DNA of 64,000 nt. Source: Pelagomonas calceolata. Taxonomy: Eukaryota. Position numbers and translations under genes: made by a program. The notes below the pieces were generated by a model. It saw only the letters and a program-made list of their open reading frames with translations. It was not told the origin of the DNA and searched no databases. The stretch covers positions 2,914,001 to 2,978,000 of the forward strand of contig CAKKNE010000005.1 in NCBI GenBank assembly GCA_918797485.1. The letters are read 5' to 3'. How positions within the stretch are numbered: the first letter of the stretch is position 1; each line of letters begins with the position of its first letter. This document shows, piece after piece, positions 20,610 to 31,603 of this stretch.

Positions 20610-21591
20610 ATGATGAACAACCACGCATCGCCCCAGACGCGGCCGATGGCGCCGCCTACACTGCCGGCGCCACCGCGGACCTGTCGCTTCTACCAGACAC
20701 CACGTGGCTGCAAGTGGGGCATGAGGTGCCGCTTCAAGCATGCAGTGACGTGCTGCCCCACGTCGGCCCGCGCGGCGCCGCCGCCCAAAACAACTCTCTC
20801 CGCGCACACCCCGAAACCAAACGACGAGAAGTGCACCGAGTCAGGTTCTCCCCACTTTTCGTCCCGACACCCAAACGGAAAGGAATGCACGGAGAAAAGT
20901 GCATTGCAGGTTCTGCCAAAAGGCGTGAAGGTACGCATAGTCGATGGTGTGATTGTTGCCGTCCAGGGCAATGACCCCACGACGAAAGAGATATCCGCGG
21001 CGCGCAAGGTCGCGCAGCGCGCGGAGTCCACGAAGCGCCTGAACAAGGCGGTCGACTCATTTGTTAGCGAGGCGACCGCGTCGAAGTCCATGCCCGTGGC
21101 GCCCCGCGGCTGCCCTGGACAGCCGGAGGAAGTACCTGACGATCTGTACGCGGAAACGTGAGCGCGCGGCGACGGCCAGCGGCCGCAGAATGAAGGCCCG
21201 GGGTGTATCAACAAATTTCATCGACCCGCACGGGTGGTCGAAGCTCGTAGCTGAGTATGTGAGGATGTTCCCAGACCGCAAGGACGCGCTCAGGTGGATC
21301 CCGAACGCTACTCCGCTCGAGCCCGGAAAGTTCCCCATCGGCTACACGACGCTCTTCGAGATGGAGCGGCCCAAGCTGACGGCGACGGACGTCAATGAGC
21401 TCGTGGCGCGCAAGTACCTCGTCCAGATCCAGCAGTTGAACCCGAAGACTCGTACTGCCCTGGTGTGGAAGCGGTACGAGAACTACAAGAAGGCCAAGAC
21501 CGTCGAGGAGATGTTGAAATTCGGGGCGAGCAAGGACGACATCATCGACGACGTCAAGGGGAGCTTCGTCAAGCTGGTCAAGCCGCCCTAG
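20610..21591 (+). CDS. CCCH zinc-finger protein with an apparent frameshift at ~21154 and a small C-terminal domain
   Basis: CRFYQTPRGCKWGMRCRFKH; removing one A from GGAAACG joins the ORF to ...NPKTRTALVWKRYENYKKAKTVEEMLKFGASKDDIIDD. Confidence 0.55.
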
Positions 21592-21727
21592 AGCGCGGCT
21601 CGGCCTCGGGAGGTCACCCGATCACGGGCCCGACACGACGACGCTCTCCTTAACCCTCGACTGCAAGGCGGTCTTCCCTTCCGTGACCAGGTTTGCGCCG
21701 CGTAAAGACCAAACAACGTTACAACAC

Positions 21728-24700
21728 CTAGCGCGACCCCCCCGACGGCGTCCAAGCCCGCACCTCGAACCGCACCTTCGACCCCGGCCGCGACCCAGGA
21801 GGAGGTCCAAGTCCGGCAGTAGACTGGCGCACGCCAGGCGCCGCGGGCGACCAGGTCACGCGCTTGAGCGGCTGCTCGCTGACCCGGGCCGCCGGCGCCG
21901 GCAGCTTCGAGAGGTTCAGCGCGAGCTTCCGGGACAAGTTGCGCGAGAAGTTGGCGCGGCCCGACGCGGCAGTGCCCTTGCGCGAGGCCGGCTCCTTGCC
22001 GAGCTTCTCCGCCCGGCGCTTGTTGAGCCGCGCGACGGCGGCCGCGGCCTTGCGCGCCTTGCGGAGGGCGCGCTTCTTCCGGGCCTCGGCCGCAGGGTCC
22101 GCGACGATGGGCGGCAGCGGCGGCCTGCGTTTGGGGCGGCGCGTCGATGGCGTCAACATGGTGGACACTGGATCGGGACTGCTCCGGCGACATGACCTGG
22201 GCGACGAAGCGCGCCGCCTCGGGCGGCAGGTCCTCTCCCATCGGCGTCGACGACGCGCGACCTGCGTTGGACGTCGCGTCGATTGCGTCACAGTGGTGGA
22301 ATCCCATGCAGTCAAGAAGACGACAGTGACAGCATCAGGTCGATGGGCTACGAGCCACGGAGGAGAAGGCAAGCCAAATTCAACACGGAGTCGGGACTAG
22401 AGCGGGCCGACCGGCGGACGGGCGTCACGTCTCCCGAGGGGGCGAAGAGCGCGCCCATGCCGACGGCGTTCGTGGGGCTGAACTGCTGGGGCGTCGCGCA
22501 GCGGGACCCGGCGGCGGGCGTCGCCGCGCGCCGGGCGGAGTCCGCCCGCTTCAGAGCCCGGAGCTGGCGCGACCGCGCCTCGGGCGTGGTCGCGATGGGC
22601 GACGGCGCGTCCATGAGCGCCGGCTCGTCGCCGACGACCGGCGCCGCGGCGAGCCGGCGCCGGTGCGCCTGGCGCTTGGCTTTCTTCGCTTGAGCGCGAG
22701 CCCGCTTCTCGGCCGACGTGACGCGCGCCTCGCCCTTGGGCGCGGGAATATATTTAGGCGGCTCGTCCCACGTCGACGCGTCCGTCTCGGGGTTGTGCCT
22801 GCGGTGCCGTCGACGGGTGAGTACGCGTCGCGGCGACGGCGTGGCGGCGGGGTAGCCTCGCGGCGACGGCGTGCCGGCGGGGTAGCCTCGCGGACGTGGT
22901 CGCGGCGACAGCGTGCTGCCGGGGAAACCACACAAAAAGGACACTGGAGCAAGACCAGTACGGCTCGCCCGCCTCGCTCACGTAGCGCACCCACGGTTTG
23001 TAGGTTTCCGCGTCCGACGGGAACCTTATCTCGGGCAGCACCGGCGGCTTTTTGGGCTTCGTCATGCCCGCCTTGTACTTCTTCTTGCCCTTGAGCTTCG
23101 CGAAGAGGTCCTTCCTTAATTTTTTGGCGGACGCGCGTAACGAGCCGCCGCCACCCCTATCCGCGCCGACGCCGTCCAGCTTCAGCTGCCCCGTCTCGAG
23201 GAACTCCATCCGCTTCGAAATGCCTACACTTCCACCGACCTTCAAGACAGGATCTTTATAACCTCGGATGATCTCCGCGATTTTCGCTTGGCCCGCACTC
23301 CCAGCCGCGTCCGCCGGCTTCCTTCCATGGACGTCCTCGGCTTCCTTCGAGCAGCCGGCGTCCATCAGCAGCTCGACCAAGCCGCGCGGTCCCCGCTCGG
23401 CAACGACGTGCAGGCAGGTCCGCCCCTCGTAGTCGGCACACGCCGCGTCGCAGCCGCTCTCGAGCAGCGCGATGCAGGTCCGTAAAGAGCGCCTCCGATC
23501 GGAAACGGCGGCGGCGAGATGTAAAGGCCGTACTCTTTCTTCATTACAGACGAACTGGTCGGCGTCCGCGTCCAGACCTGCGTGGACCATGTAAGTGCGT
23601 CTGCTCGATGGCGTGGAGGTTGATTCCCATACCGATGCGCGTCGATGGCGTACTGTTGTTGTACTGATGCGGTGGAGTACGTCATCGGTACCCGCCAGTA
23701 CGCCATCGACGCGACCCGACGCAGGCCAGCGCCGCGGCTGGAGCCAGACGGACGAGAGCGGGGGCGAGGCGCCGCCGATCGGCCGGCTCACACGGGACGC
23801 GAAGAAGGAAAAACAAGGACACGGAACACGAACCGCACAAGAACCGCACGCAGCCCGCGTCTCCACTTTTAGCGGCGTGGTGGATCGGCGCGAGGCCCTC
23901 GCCGTCCCACTGGTCCACATCGGCGCCCGCGTTGATCAGGGCCTCGAAGCACGCGGCGTGGGCCCGCGACGACCCGTCCTCGGCCCTCGACTTCTTCGAG
24001 CACGGTACAAGCTTGAGGTCGCCCTTGTCATCATTCTGACCGTCCTTGACGCGGTCCCGCAGCTCCATCTTCCGCTGGACCATGCACATCTTGACGCAGG
24101 TCACGACGAGGGGCTCGCTCTCGTCCGCCGACGCGCGAATCTCGCCCAATTTGTCCGAGAGCCTGCGTCGGGCATCGCGTCGATGGCGTCACGCTTCGAT
24201 GGTGTCAACGCGGAGTCAAGACCACTCGGGCGTGTCGTCGGTGAACTTGGGCGCCACGGCGCGCGCGAGGTTGTAGAGCGTCGTCGCCGCGGCCGCGAGC
24301 TTCGACTCCTTGTCTGCGACCTGCGCGCGTCGTCTCGATCTACGAATTGCGAGGCTCGATCCCCAACAGGCGCGTCGTCGCAGCGACTCGTGTCAGCAGA
24401 CGCGTGGCGTCGATAGCGTAAAGGGGACACCGAATAACGAACGGGCGGGAACGTCGACAGGACCATCAGGGCCGTCCGAAGGTTCTTGGGCGAGCCCTGG
24501 AGCACCGCCTTCGCGACGTTCCGCTCGACGTGAGCCCGCGGCGCGGAAATCAAACCCGAGAGGAACCCGAACTTCGACATCTGTCGCAGCTCGTACCGAT
24601 ACTCCATCACAGCTAATGAATCGTTCACGTGCTCCCGCGCCAATTCTTCGAGCGTCTCGATGCTTTGCTGTATCTCGTTCTCCTCTTGTAAAGCTCGCTT

Positions 24701-26321
24701 TCGCGCCTCCTGCAAGGTCTGCTCGAAGTCGCGCGGGTCCTCGGCCTCGGCCAGCCGCGCGTACATCTCCATGGCCTCGACCTCCTCCTCTTCAGTAGAG
24801 TCGCTGAGCTCGCCGGCCGCTAATTTAATCCCCTTGACGCACGTGTGCGCGTACGTCGGCTCCATGCCTGCGTCGTCGTGTCGTCGACGGCGTACGGGGC
24901 AACGCATAAAAAAAAGGACGCCGCAAACAAACCGCGCGCCTCGCAGCGGCACGCCGCGCACCGCTGGTCGCGGTCGCGCGCCTTGATCCGCCGCGGGCCC
25001 TCGTCCTCGTCCTTCTTCGTGACTTCTTCGGGCACCGGCTTCTTCGCCGATGCGGCCGCGTCCTGCGCGTCCTCGAGGGCCTGGAGCTGCTCCATGCGCG
25101 TGCGCACGACCTCCTTGCCTGCGTGACGCAGCGTGATAGCGTGTCAACCGCCACGCCATCGACGCGACGCGAGGACGCCGAAAACGCACGCAGTGCCTCC
25201 GTGAAGTCGTTGTTGGTCACCGGCGGCGGCTTCGCGACGGTCAGGCGTTTCTTTTCCGCCAAACGCGGGTCATGGTCGCGGATTATTCTATTCTGCAACT
25301 GCTCCCGCACGGAGAGATTGCGCCGCTGATCCAGCGCTTCCTGGACATCTAACACTTCGTCATAGTTGATCGTGCGGCATCTTACTCCAACGTCCGGCAT
25401 AATAATCCGCGGCATCGGCTTTTCCGGAGACGGACTGATCTGCTTGTGTTCGATCGTAGGGACATCTGAGAACTTCCAGGACCCGCCCTGCGTATTCGAA
25501 CCCGGCGGCACCACCTTCTTCTCCGCTCGAGACGGCGCCCGAGAAGACTCGCGCGTCTTGGTGTCCGGCGTAAATGAAACTCGTTTCGAGGATTCCGCCG
25601 TGGTCGGCCTAGCTACCACAACTTCTTCCTCTTTTTTGGGAGTGAAGAAGTTCGCGAGGGCCTTGATCTTGCTCGGCTTCGGCGGCGACGGCTTCTTCTG
25701 CTTCTTCGGCGGGGGCTCGCCGGCCGGCCGCCGCGGCTTCTTCTCCAGAGCTTTCGCGGCCTTTTCTTCCATCCGCGCTATTCGTTGTAACCGCTTCTCG
25801 TCGGGTGTCAATTGCTCCTCGCCGGCCTTCGCTTTTTCGGTGGAGGTAAGCCCCGTCTTCTCTCTAAATGCGTTCGCCGCCGGCGTGGGCTCGCCACCTA
25901 CTGTGGGCTTGGTGACGGTCAACACTTCGGACGGCACCCCAGAAAAGGTCCGCCTTCTTGCTCTCGACCCATTTCTAGACCGCTGTCTCGATTTCACTCT
26001 GATGGTTTCCATGGCAGACCGCACGGAGCGACCCTTCGCGATCGTCAGCAGCGTCGTGTCGCTCTGCCGCGCTTCAATAAACCTCCCGCTGCCGCCGCGC
26101 CGCGGAACGGCCATCGTCGTGCCCTTCTGGAGCTTCACGCCGCCGTCTTCTGTTCTTCCCGGAGTCCGCGCTCTAGGGTCCGCCCGGAGCATCGCGCAGT
26201 ATTCATCTAAATCCTTCTTTTCCTCGTCCTTCCAGCCGCTCACCCAGTCGGGGTTGTCGCGCTGCTTCCAGCGGTCCTTGGGTTTTGTTACCGGCGTCGT
26301 CGGGATGGCGTCGTCGGCCAT
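21728..26321 (-). CDS. Large multi-exon ankyrin-repeat + WW-domain protein
   Basis: ATG at 26321 (MADDAIP). Several GT/GC-AG introns carry the introner core. Ankyrin motifs APIHHAA, RPLHLAA, TCLHVVA; WW domain PWVRYVSEAGEPYW/HNPETDASTWDEP is split by an intron; last exon ends at 21728. Not all exons resolved. Confidence 0.65.
22799..22955 (-). other. Intron with internal 30-bp tandem repeats, splitting the WW domain
   Basis: TG|GTCTTG...CCGCAG|G restores YW-HNPE; contains the repeated unit TCGCGGCGACGGCGTGSCGGCGGGGTAGCC. Confidence 0.75.
25119..25189 (-). other. Intron with introner core motif
   Basis: C|GTGCGT...CACGCAG|GC joins FTEAL-R-KEVV; contains CGCGTCGATGGCGTGG. Confidence 0.7.
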
Positions 26322-26479
26322 TGTTGGTGTGCTGCCCGGTGGGCGCTTTGATCCGTACCGTACGGCGCGACGGCTGCCCCAGGCTTGCGGGAGATGGGAC
26401 CAGCTGCCGCTTTGTGCCCGTGGGCGGCTTCCCCGGGCGTAATAGCACCCGCTCTCTGCGTGCAATAACGAGCAGCTTG

Positions 26480-26500
26480 CTAGTGTCTTGCAGCCGCTAG
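26480..26500 (-). promoter_or_regulatory. CTAG-box motif
   Basis: CTAGTGTCTTGCAGCCGCTAG, ~160 bp upstream of ATG 26321. Confidence 0.7.
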
Positions 26501-26530
26501 CTACGCGCGGGATCGCCGAGGTCATGCTAT

Positions 26531-26597
26531 AGATAAATCACTGGCGATCGAGCCCCGGGCCTCCTGTGCTCGCGGGTTTCTACGTCGACAGCGTTTG
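26531..26597. repeat. Dispersed ANK-adjacent repeat, copy 3 (uninterrupted)
   Basis: AGATAAATCACTGGCGATCGAGCCCCGGGCCTCCTGTGCTCGCGGGTTTCTACGTCGACAGCGTTTG. Confidence 0.9.
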
Positions 26598-26813
26598 AGG
26601 TCATGCCGAGGCCGCCGCCGCCGCGGCCGAGGCAACCATCAACGCCGCCGTCGACGCGGCCGCCGAGACCGTTTCCGAGACAGTCTCCGCCGCAGCCGAA
26701 TCCGCCGCGGAAACCGTCGCGAGCGGCGCGGCGGAGACGGTGGTCGAGGCGGTGAAACTAAGGTGATACTACTAAGTAGTAGAGTACAAGTCACTTAGCA
26801 CAGACGTCGGGCA

Positions 26814-27689
26814 TCAGGGGCTGAGTCGCACTCGCGCTCCACTTGGCCTCCTCTCTTCCAGCGGATCCGGGAAGCTGTCCGCCACGTGCTCGACCCAGAT
26901 CCGGAGCGCATCGGGCAGCTTGCTGTTGCGGACGACCATCGCCATGACCGCCGCGCGCCGCATTCGCTCGTATTTCCGGTAACCGCCGGCCTTGGCGACC
27001 CGGTGTAAGTAGATAAGGGCGGCTCTATGCCCCTCGCGCGCCGTGCGCGAATCGTCGTCGGAATCGTCGTCGGACTCGTTGCGGTTGAGTATTTTTTGTA
27101 GGGCGCCCTCATAGTGCCCGATGCAATTTCCGGCGCCGCCGCGCAGCAGGGTTGGCAATACATTCGGATTTCCTGTCATGATGGCGGCACGCATGGGCGT
27201 CATGGATGCGGTGAGCTCCCCCGCCGAAGCCGTGTCGACCACATCGGCGTCGGCGCCAGCGGCAAGGAGCGCGGCGACACCTTGCACGCTGCCCCGTGCC
27301 GCCATATACACCAACGCCGTCAGCCCCGAGCTCAGCGACGCGAGGTTGGGGTCGGCGCCGGCCCGGAGCAGAGCAATGACATTTTGCGTTCTTCCTTTCC
27401 GCGCCGCGAATAGCAACGCAGTCTCTCCGCTAACGGAATCTTTCGCACGCAGATTCGGCTCCGCGCCCGCCGCAATTAGTAGGCGGACGCAGTCCGGCTT
27501 GTCCTGGTGAGCCGCGAGGTGGATCGGAACTATGGACCTAGGTGGCATCGGTGCGTTGAGGTCAAGGCCATTGGAGAGGCATTGGCTGAGCTTTGTGCTA
27601 GTTAGCGTGCCCGCACGGATCTCAGCTTCCAATTGCCATGCATATGCACAGGGGAGCTCGTCCACCGTCGCCTCGTCGACCTCGGCCAT
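26814..27689 (-). CDS. Ankyrin-repeat protein with family C-terminal box
   Basis: VPIHLAA, TALLFAA, TALVYMA, TPMRAA; C-terminus YLHRVAKAGGYRKYERMRR...KLPDALR; likely ATG at 27689. Confidence 0.85.
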   Translation of the reverse strand: MAEVDEATVDELPCAYAWQLEAEIRAGTLTSTKLSQCLSNGLDLNAPMPPRSIVPIHLAAHQDKPDCVRLLIAAGAEPNLRAKDSVSGETALLFAARKGRTQNVIALLRAGADPNLASLSSGLTALVYMAARGSVQGVAALLAAGADADVVDTASAGELTASMTPMRAAIMTGNPNVLPTLLRGGAGNCIGHYEGALQKILNRNESDDDSDDDSRTAREGHRAALIYLHRVAKAGGYRKYERMRRAAVMAMVVRNSKLPDALRIWVEHVADSFPDPLEERRPSGARVRLSP

Positions 27690-27814
27690 CGGTGCGGCAG
27701 CTCTAGATGAACCAGGGAGGAGGACTGGGATACTGCTGTTGCTGGCTGCGCGGCACAAATTGATGCCCTCGCGAGCAAAACAAGGCACAACGCACTTGCC
27801 ACGCGAGCTGCTCG

Positions 27815-27834
27815 CTAGTGCCTCATTGCGCTAG
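27815..27834 (-). promoter_or_regulatory. CTAG-box motif (divergent copy)
   Basis: CTAGTGCCTCATTGCGCTAG, ~125 bp upstream of ATG 27689. Confidence 0.45.
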
Positions 27835-27859
27835 GCGCTTTCGTAAACACCCAGTTAAG

Positions 27860-28810
27860 TCAAGACCAAGGATCCGGCGCGACGACGGCGTCGCCCGTGG
27901 AGATGTCGCGCGTCGCGACGCAGACGAGCGCCGGCGCGACGTCGCCCGACGGCACGCGCCCCGTGAACGCCCGGAACGCTGCGTTCGCGTCGCCGTCGCT
28001 CGCGACTAGGGGCACGAGCGCCGTGGGCTCCGCGCTCTCGCCGGCCTCGGCCCGGAAATTGAAGGACCGCACGGCCTGGCCCGTGATGCGCCAGACGTCG
28101 CCGGCGAGCGGCGGCCGCTGCGACGCGATGGCGACGCCGAGGGCGCCGCGCGCGAGGTCCGTGAGCTCGCCGCGGCTCCACGACCGCGAGCCGCCGTCCT
28201 CGTACATCGCCTGCCAAGCCCATTTTTCGGAGAGAAACGCCGGCTTTTCCTCCTCGGGATCGGGCGCTGTCCACGCTCGCCGCGCCGTCGTTTCTAATAT
28301 AGGCAGCAACAACGCGACTGCTTGGTCCACTAATTGTTCATCAGCTTCCACAGACACCGGCTCGTCCCAGAGGAGGCGCGCGTACGGGCCCCAGCGGCTC
28401 GGCACGACGATGCCCGCCGCCGCCGCAGCGTCGCCCTGGCCCCGCCGCGACCGGAAGCCCCGGATTTTCTCCGCCGCGAGGAGGCCCGCCACCGCGACGA
28501 CGCCGAAGCCAGGGCCCGCTTTTTGTGCTATGTCGCGCAGCGGCGGGCCGACGTCCTTGTCGGCGTATGCAGCGACGGGAGAAAGCAGAGCATCATTACC
28601 AATCTCGTAGATCACTTGGTCGGCGTTGTACGCTCGCGCTGCCGTAACCACAAAGTCATCAGCAAGCGTCGCGCGCGAGCCGTCGAGCCCAGGGCAGAGC
28701 GGCACCAGCCACTCTGCAAAGGCAGCGCGCGATGCCACTGGTGCTGTAGTAGTGGCTGAGAGGGCTTGTGCCGCAGCAATGCAGTGCGCAGCTGTGATCA
28801 GTCGCTTCAT
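27860..28810 (-). CDS. Divergent SET-domain (Rubisco LSMT-like) protein, probably plastid-targeted
   Basis: Signal-like N-terminus MKRLITAAHCIAAAQAL; VTAARAY, SRWGPYARLL, TALVPL and VATRDISTGDAV motifs. Confidence 0.55.
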   Translation of the reverse strand: MKRLITAAHCIAAAQALSATTTAPVASRAAFAEWLVPLCPGLDGSRATLADDFVVTAARAYNADQVIYEIGNDALLSPVAAYADKDVGPPLRDIAQKAGPGFGVVAVAGLLAAEKIRGFRSRRGQGDAAAAAGIVVPSRWGPYARLLWDEPVSVEADEQLVDQAVALLLPILETTARRAWTAPDPEEEKPAFLSEKWAWQAMYEDGGSRSWSRGELTDLARGALGVAIASQRPPLAGDVWRITGQAVRSFNFRAEAGESAEPTALVPLVASDGDANAAFRAFTGRVPSGDVAPALVCVATRDISTGDAVVAPDPWS

Positions 28811-28983
28811 AATGCAGCCCAGCGCAGTGGTGCAGCGCTTGGGCTGCAACGCTTGCTCTCCGCTTGCTCTTGGACTTGCACCGCTCTGTTCCGGCACCGA
28901 TGCGGCCCTCCACGCAGCTACCGGTTGGGTTTGTGCAGCGCTTGTGCACTTTTTGCCAGCTGTGAGCAACGAGCTGGTGAGAG

Positions 28984-29003
28984 CTAGTATCTGTACACGC
29001 TAG
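28984..29003 (-). promoter_or_regulatory. CTAG-box motif (divergent copy)
   Basis: CTAGTATCTGTACACGCTAG, ~175 bp upstream of ATG 28810. Confidence 0.5.
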
Positions 29004-29168
29004 CTCTTCACCTTTTGAACTTTACACAGGAAACCTGGAGGCGTGCTACTCCACGGACAGTTCGTTCGTTCGCCACCATCAGACGGATACAAGCTAGTGG
29101 GTCAATTCAGTTAATTATGCTCTGCCAAAATTAAACATAAACACTGTAATGCGTCTCATGGAGTAAAC

Positions 29169-30731
29169 ATGCAGCCTCTTGGACGTGGTCGCCGCGGCAG
29201 CAAGGTCGCCGCGGCCGTAGCGCGCTTGCAACAGCAAGCCCGGGCGTTCGAGGACGACGAGCAGCAATTTGGTGGTCATCCTCCGTTGTACGACGGCGCG
29301 GACCGCATCCACCCGGCGGAGCCCTGGTCGCCGGAGCGCGCGCGCGAATTTGACCGCCGCCCGGCGGGCGCGCGCGTCGCGCCCGCGCCGCCGCCGGTCG
29401 AGACGCCGCGCAACGGGGTGCCGCCCGAGTACACGCTGCGCAAGGCGCCGCAGACGCCGCCCGACTCGCCGCGGCTCACGTCGCCGACGAGTAAACGGCG
29501 CGCGTTCTCCGCATTGGTCGCGGGCGTCTCCATCGCGCTCGCGGGCGGCGCGATGTACACGGCGACGACGGCAGGCAAAAAAGGCAACCAACCGGCCGTC
29601 GCGCCGACCACAGCACCCCCAACGACGACGACGGCGCCGCCCACGATCACGATGCTCCCGACACCGACGCCGACGCTCAAGCCGACGATGGCGCGCTGGT
29701 TAAGGGGCGTCGTCTGCGACGCGGCTGGCGTAGCAATCCCGAACGCCACCGTAGAGTTGCACTACGGCTACTTTTCGTTTGAAGGGATGCTCTTCGAAGC
29801 AACAACCGATGAAGAGGGCCTCTTCGAGTTCGAGGAGGTTCTTACGGGCGTGTACTACACGCTCGTCGCGCGACTCGACGATAGAGAAAACTTCCGCGTG
29901 ACGAAGACGCCCGTCGTCGCGGACGTCGTGATTCCTTTGCCTCCCGCCAAGAAGGAGGGCCTCGTGGCTCTGCTGAGCTGGGGCGTCGCCGGCGACGACG
30001 GCCGCGTGCCGTCGTCGTTGACTCTGGCCGCGGTCGTCGGTGATTGTGCCGGGAGCTGCCCCGACGTCACGGTGGAATCCTCAAAAGCGGCGCAATACTC
30101 GTCGGCGCTCGACGCCGCGTCGTTGCTGCAGCGGCACGGCTTCGCTTCGTTGCGCATCGAGGGCGCCGGCGACGTGACGCTCGCCGTGGAGATGGCTCCC
30201 GACTCATACGGTAGACTGGAGGCGACGGCGACGTTGATCGTGGACGTCTTCGTCGACGGCGCGAATACGCACCAGTTCTGGCGCCCGCCGAACTGCGTCG
30301 CGGCGACTGTAGCGAGTGGGAGAAACTGTTCGGCCTACGCGAACGCTTCATTCGTCGAGACCGCCGCGGCCTACGCGTGGCAGGGCGCCGCGAATCGCGC
30401 GCGGAGCAAGCTCCTGCGCGTCGCGTGCGGTTCTCTTTCTACGGTTGCCATCGACGGCGGCGCCCCGCACTCACTATCTTCGTTAAACGCGGCGCAGCTG
30501 TACCTCGAGCGGCCCGCGGCGTTGACCGACATTCACGTCGCCTCCTGCGCGGCGTCACCGGACTACGCGTACCGGTACCCGGCCTGGCCCGCGACGCTGT
30601 CGGCGGACCTCGAGCGCCGCCAGCTCGACCGCCTCTGGCGCGGCATGAGCCGCGGCGTTTACCTGTCGGACGGCGGCGAGGCGTTTTCTACGTGGCGCGA
30701 GCGGCACGCTTGGGGCGACGACGACGAGTGA
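29169..30731 (+). CDS. Single-pass membrane protein with carboxypeptidase-regulatory-like domain
   Basis: TM segment AFSALVAGVSIALAGGAMY; Thr/Pro stalk; LRGVVCDAAGVAIPNATV...TTDEEGLFEF. Confidence 0.65.
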   Translation: MQPLGRGRRGSKVAAAVARLQQQARAFEDDEQQFGGHPPLYDGADRIHPAEPWSPERAREFDRRPAGARVAPAPPPVETPRNGVPPEYTLRKAPQTPPDSPRLTSPTSKRRAFSALVAGVSIALAGGAMYTATTAGKKGNQPAVAPTTAPPTTTTAPPTITMLPTPTPTLKPTMARWLRGVVCDAAGVAIPNATVELHYGYFSFEGMLFEATTDEEGLFEFEEVLTGVYYTLVARLDDRENFRVTKTPVVADVVIPLPPAKKEGLVALLSWGVAGDDGRVPSSLTLAAVVGDCAGSCPDVTVESSKAAQYSSALDAASLLQRHGFASLRIEGAGDVTLAVEMAPDSYGRLEATATLIVDVFVDGANTHQFWRPPNCVAATVASGRNCSAYANASFVETAAAYAWQGAANRARSKLLRVACGSLSTVAIDGGAPHSLSSLNAAQLYLERPAALTDIHVASCAASPDYAYRYPAWPATLSADLERRQLDRLWRGMSRGVYLSDGGEAFSTWRERHAWGDDDE

Positions 30732-30821
30732 GTCCCCCCTGTTGTAGGTTGTTGTTCTCTGGTTTTTCTTCGTTACAGAAGTACAGAACATTAGTCCACA
30801 CAGCCTTGCCCATCCTGTTCC

Positions 30822-31379
30822 CTACCTCTCCCTCGCCACCGCGCAGTCCAGCTCCCACTGCCTCAGGTCCCGCTGCAGGACCCCTTCCTCTCCTCGCCCA
30901 AACCTAGCCGCCGGGCGCGCTTGCCGCACCACGGCTATGGCTTCAGCGGCAGTCATCCCCGGAAACTTCCACACGAGAAAAGCCGCCACCATGGTCGCCG
31001 AGCGGTTCATACCGCCCCGGCAGTGGACCAGCACCACGCCGTCCTCCTTGGCGAGTTCCGCGTTGATCCAGGCGCAAGCTTCCTCCAGAAAAGGCAGGAT
31101 GTGCGCTTCGTCGTCATCCTGAATGGCGACGCGCATGAGCGTTAGCGTGTCGGCCACCTCACGGCAGACTTTTTCGGAGCGGGGCCCGACGGACTGCACT
31201 GCGGTTACTTTCAGCTGCCTCAGGGTAGCGGCGTCGCCGGCGGCTGCCGCGTTGCCGAGATACAGGTTGGGGATGACGCGCCACGCGCCTTTGGCCCGCG
31301 GAATTTTGCGGTTCAGATTGGCGTGCTCGGCAGCATAGGCGATGATTGCGTCCTTCGAGCTGCTGGTAAAGTCGGTCAT
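30822..31379 (-). CDS. Dual-specificity protein phosphatase
   Basis: IPNLYLGN, IQDDD and catalytic VLVHCRGGMNRSAT. Confidence 0.92.
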   Translation of the reverse strand: MTDFTSSSKDAIIAYAAEHANLNRKIPRAKGAWRVIPNLYLGNAAAAGDAATLRQLKVTAVQSVGPRSEKVCREVADTLTLMRVAIQDDDEAHILPFLEEACAWINAELAKEDGVVLVHCRGGMNRSATMVAAFLVWKFPGMTAAEAIAVVRQARPAARFGRGEEGVLQRDLRQWELDCAVARER

Positions 31380-31582
31380 CGGTGACTGCTCTGCTTTTTG
31401 TCACGCTGGAGAGGTGCTTCCCTTTTGCTCTGTAAACCCAGCCGTCCGGCTGCCCGCGGAGCTGCCGCTTGGCTGGTAGCTCGGTAGGGGCTGCCTTAGT
31501 GTGTTCTGACGTGTGCGCTACGTTCGTCGCTCTGTTTTGGATACTGGTGCCCTTGATTTTCAGAAGTTTCCGGACCAGGCAG

Positions 31583-31603
31583 CTAGCGGCTGTAAGACAC
31601 TAG
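31583..31603 (+). promoter_or_regulatory. CTAG-box motif (consensus copy)
   Basis: CTAGCGGCTGTAAGACACTAG, ~190 bp upstream of ATG 31796; identical to 57589-57609. Confidence 0.75.
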
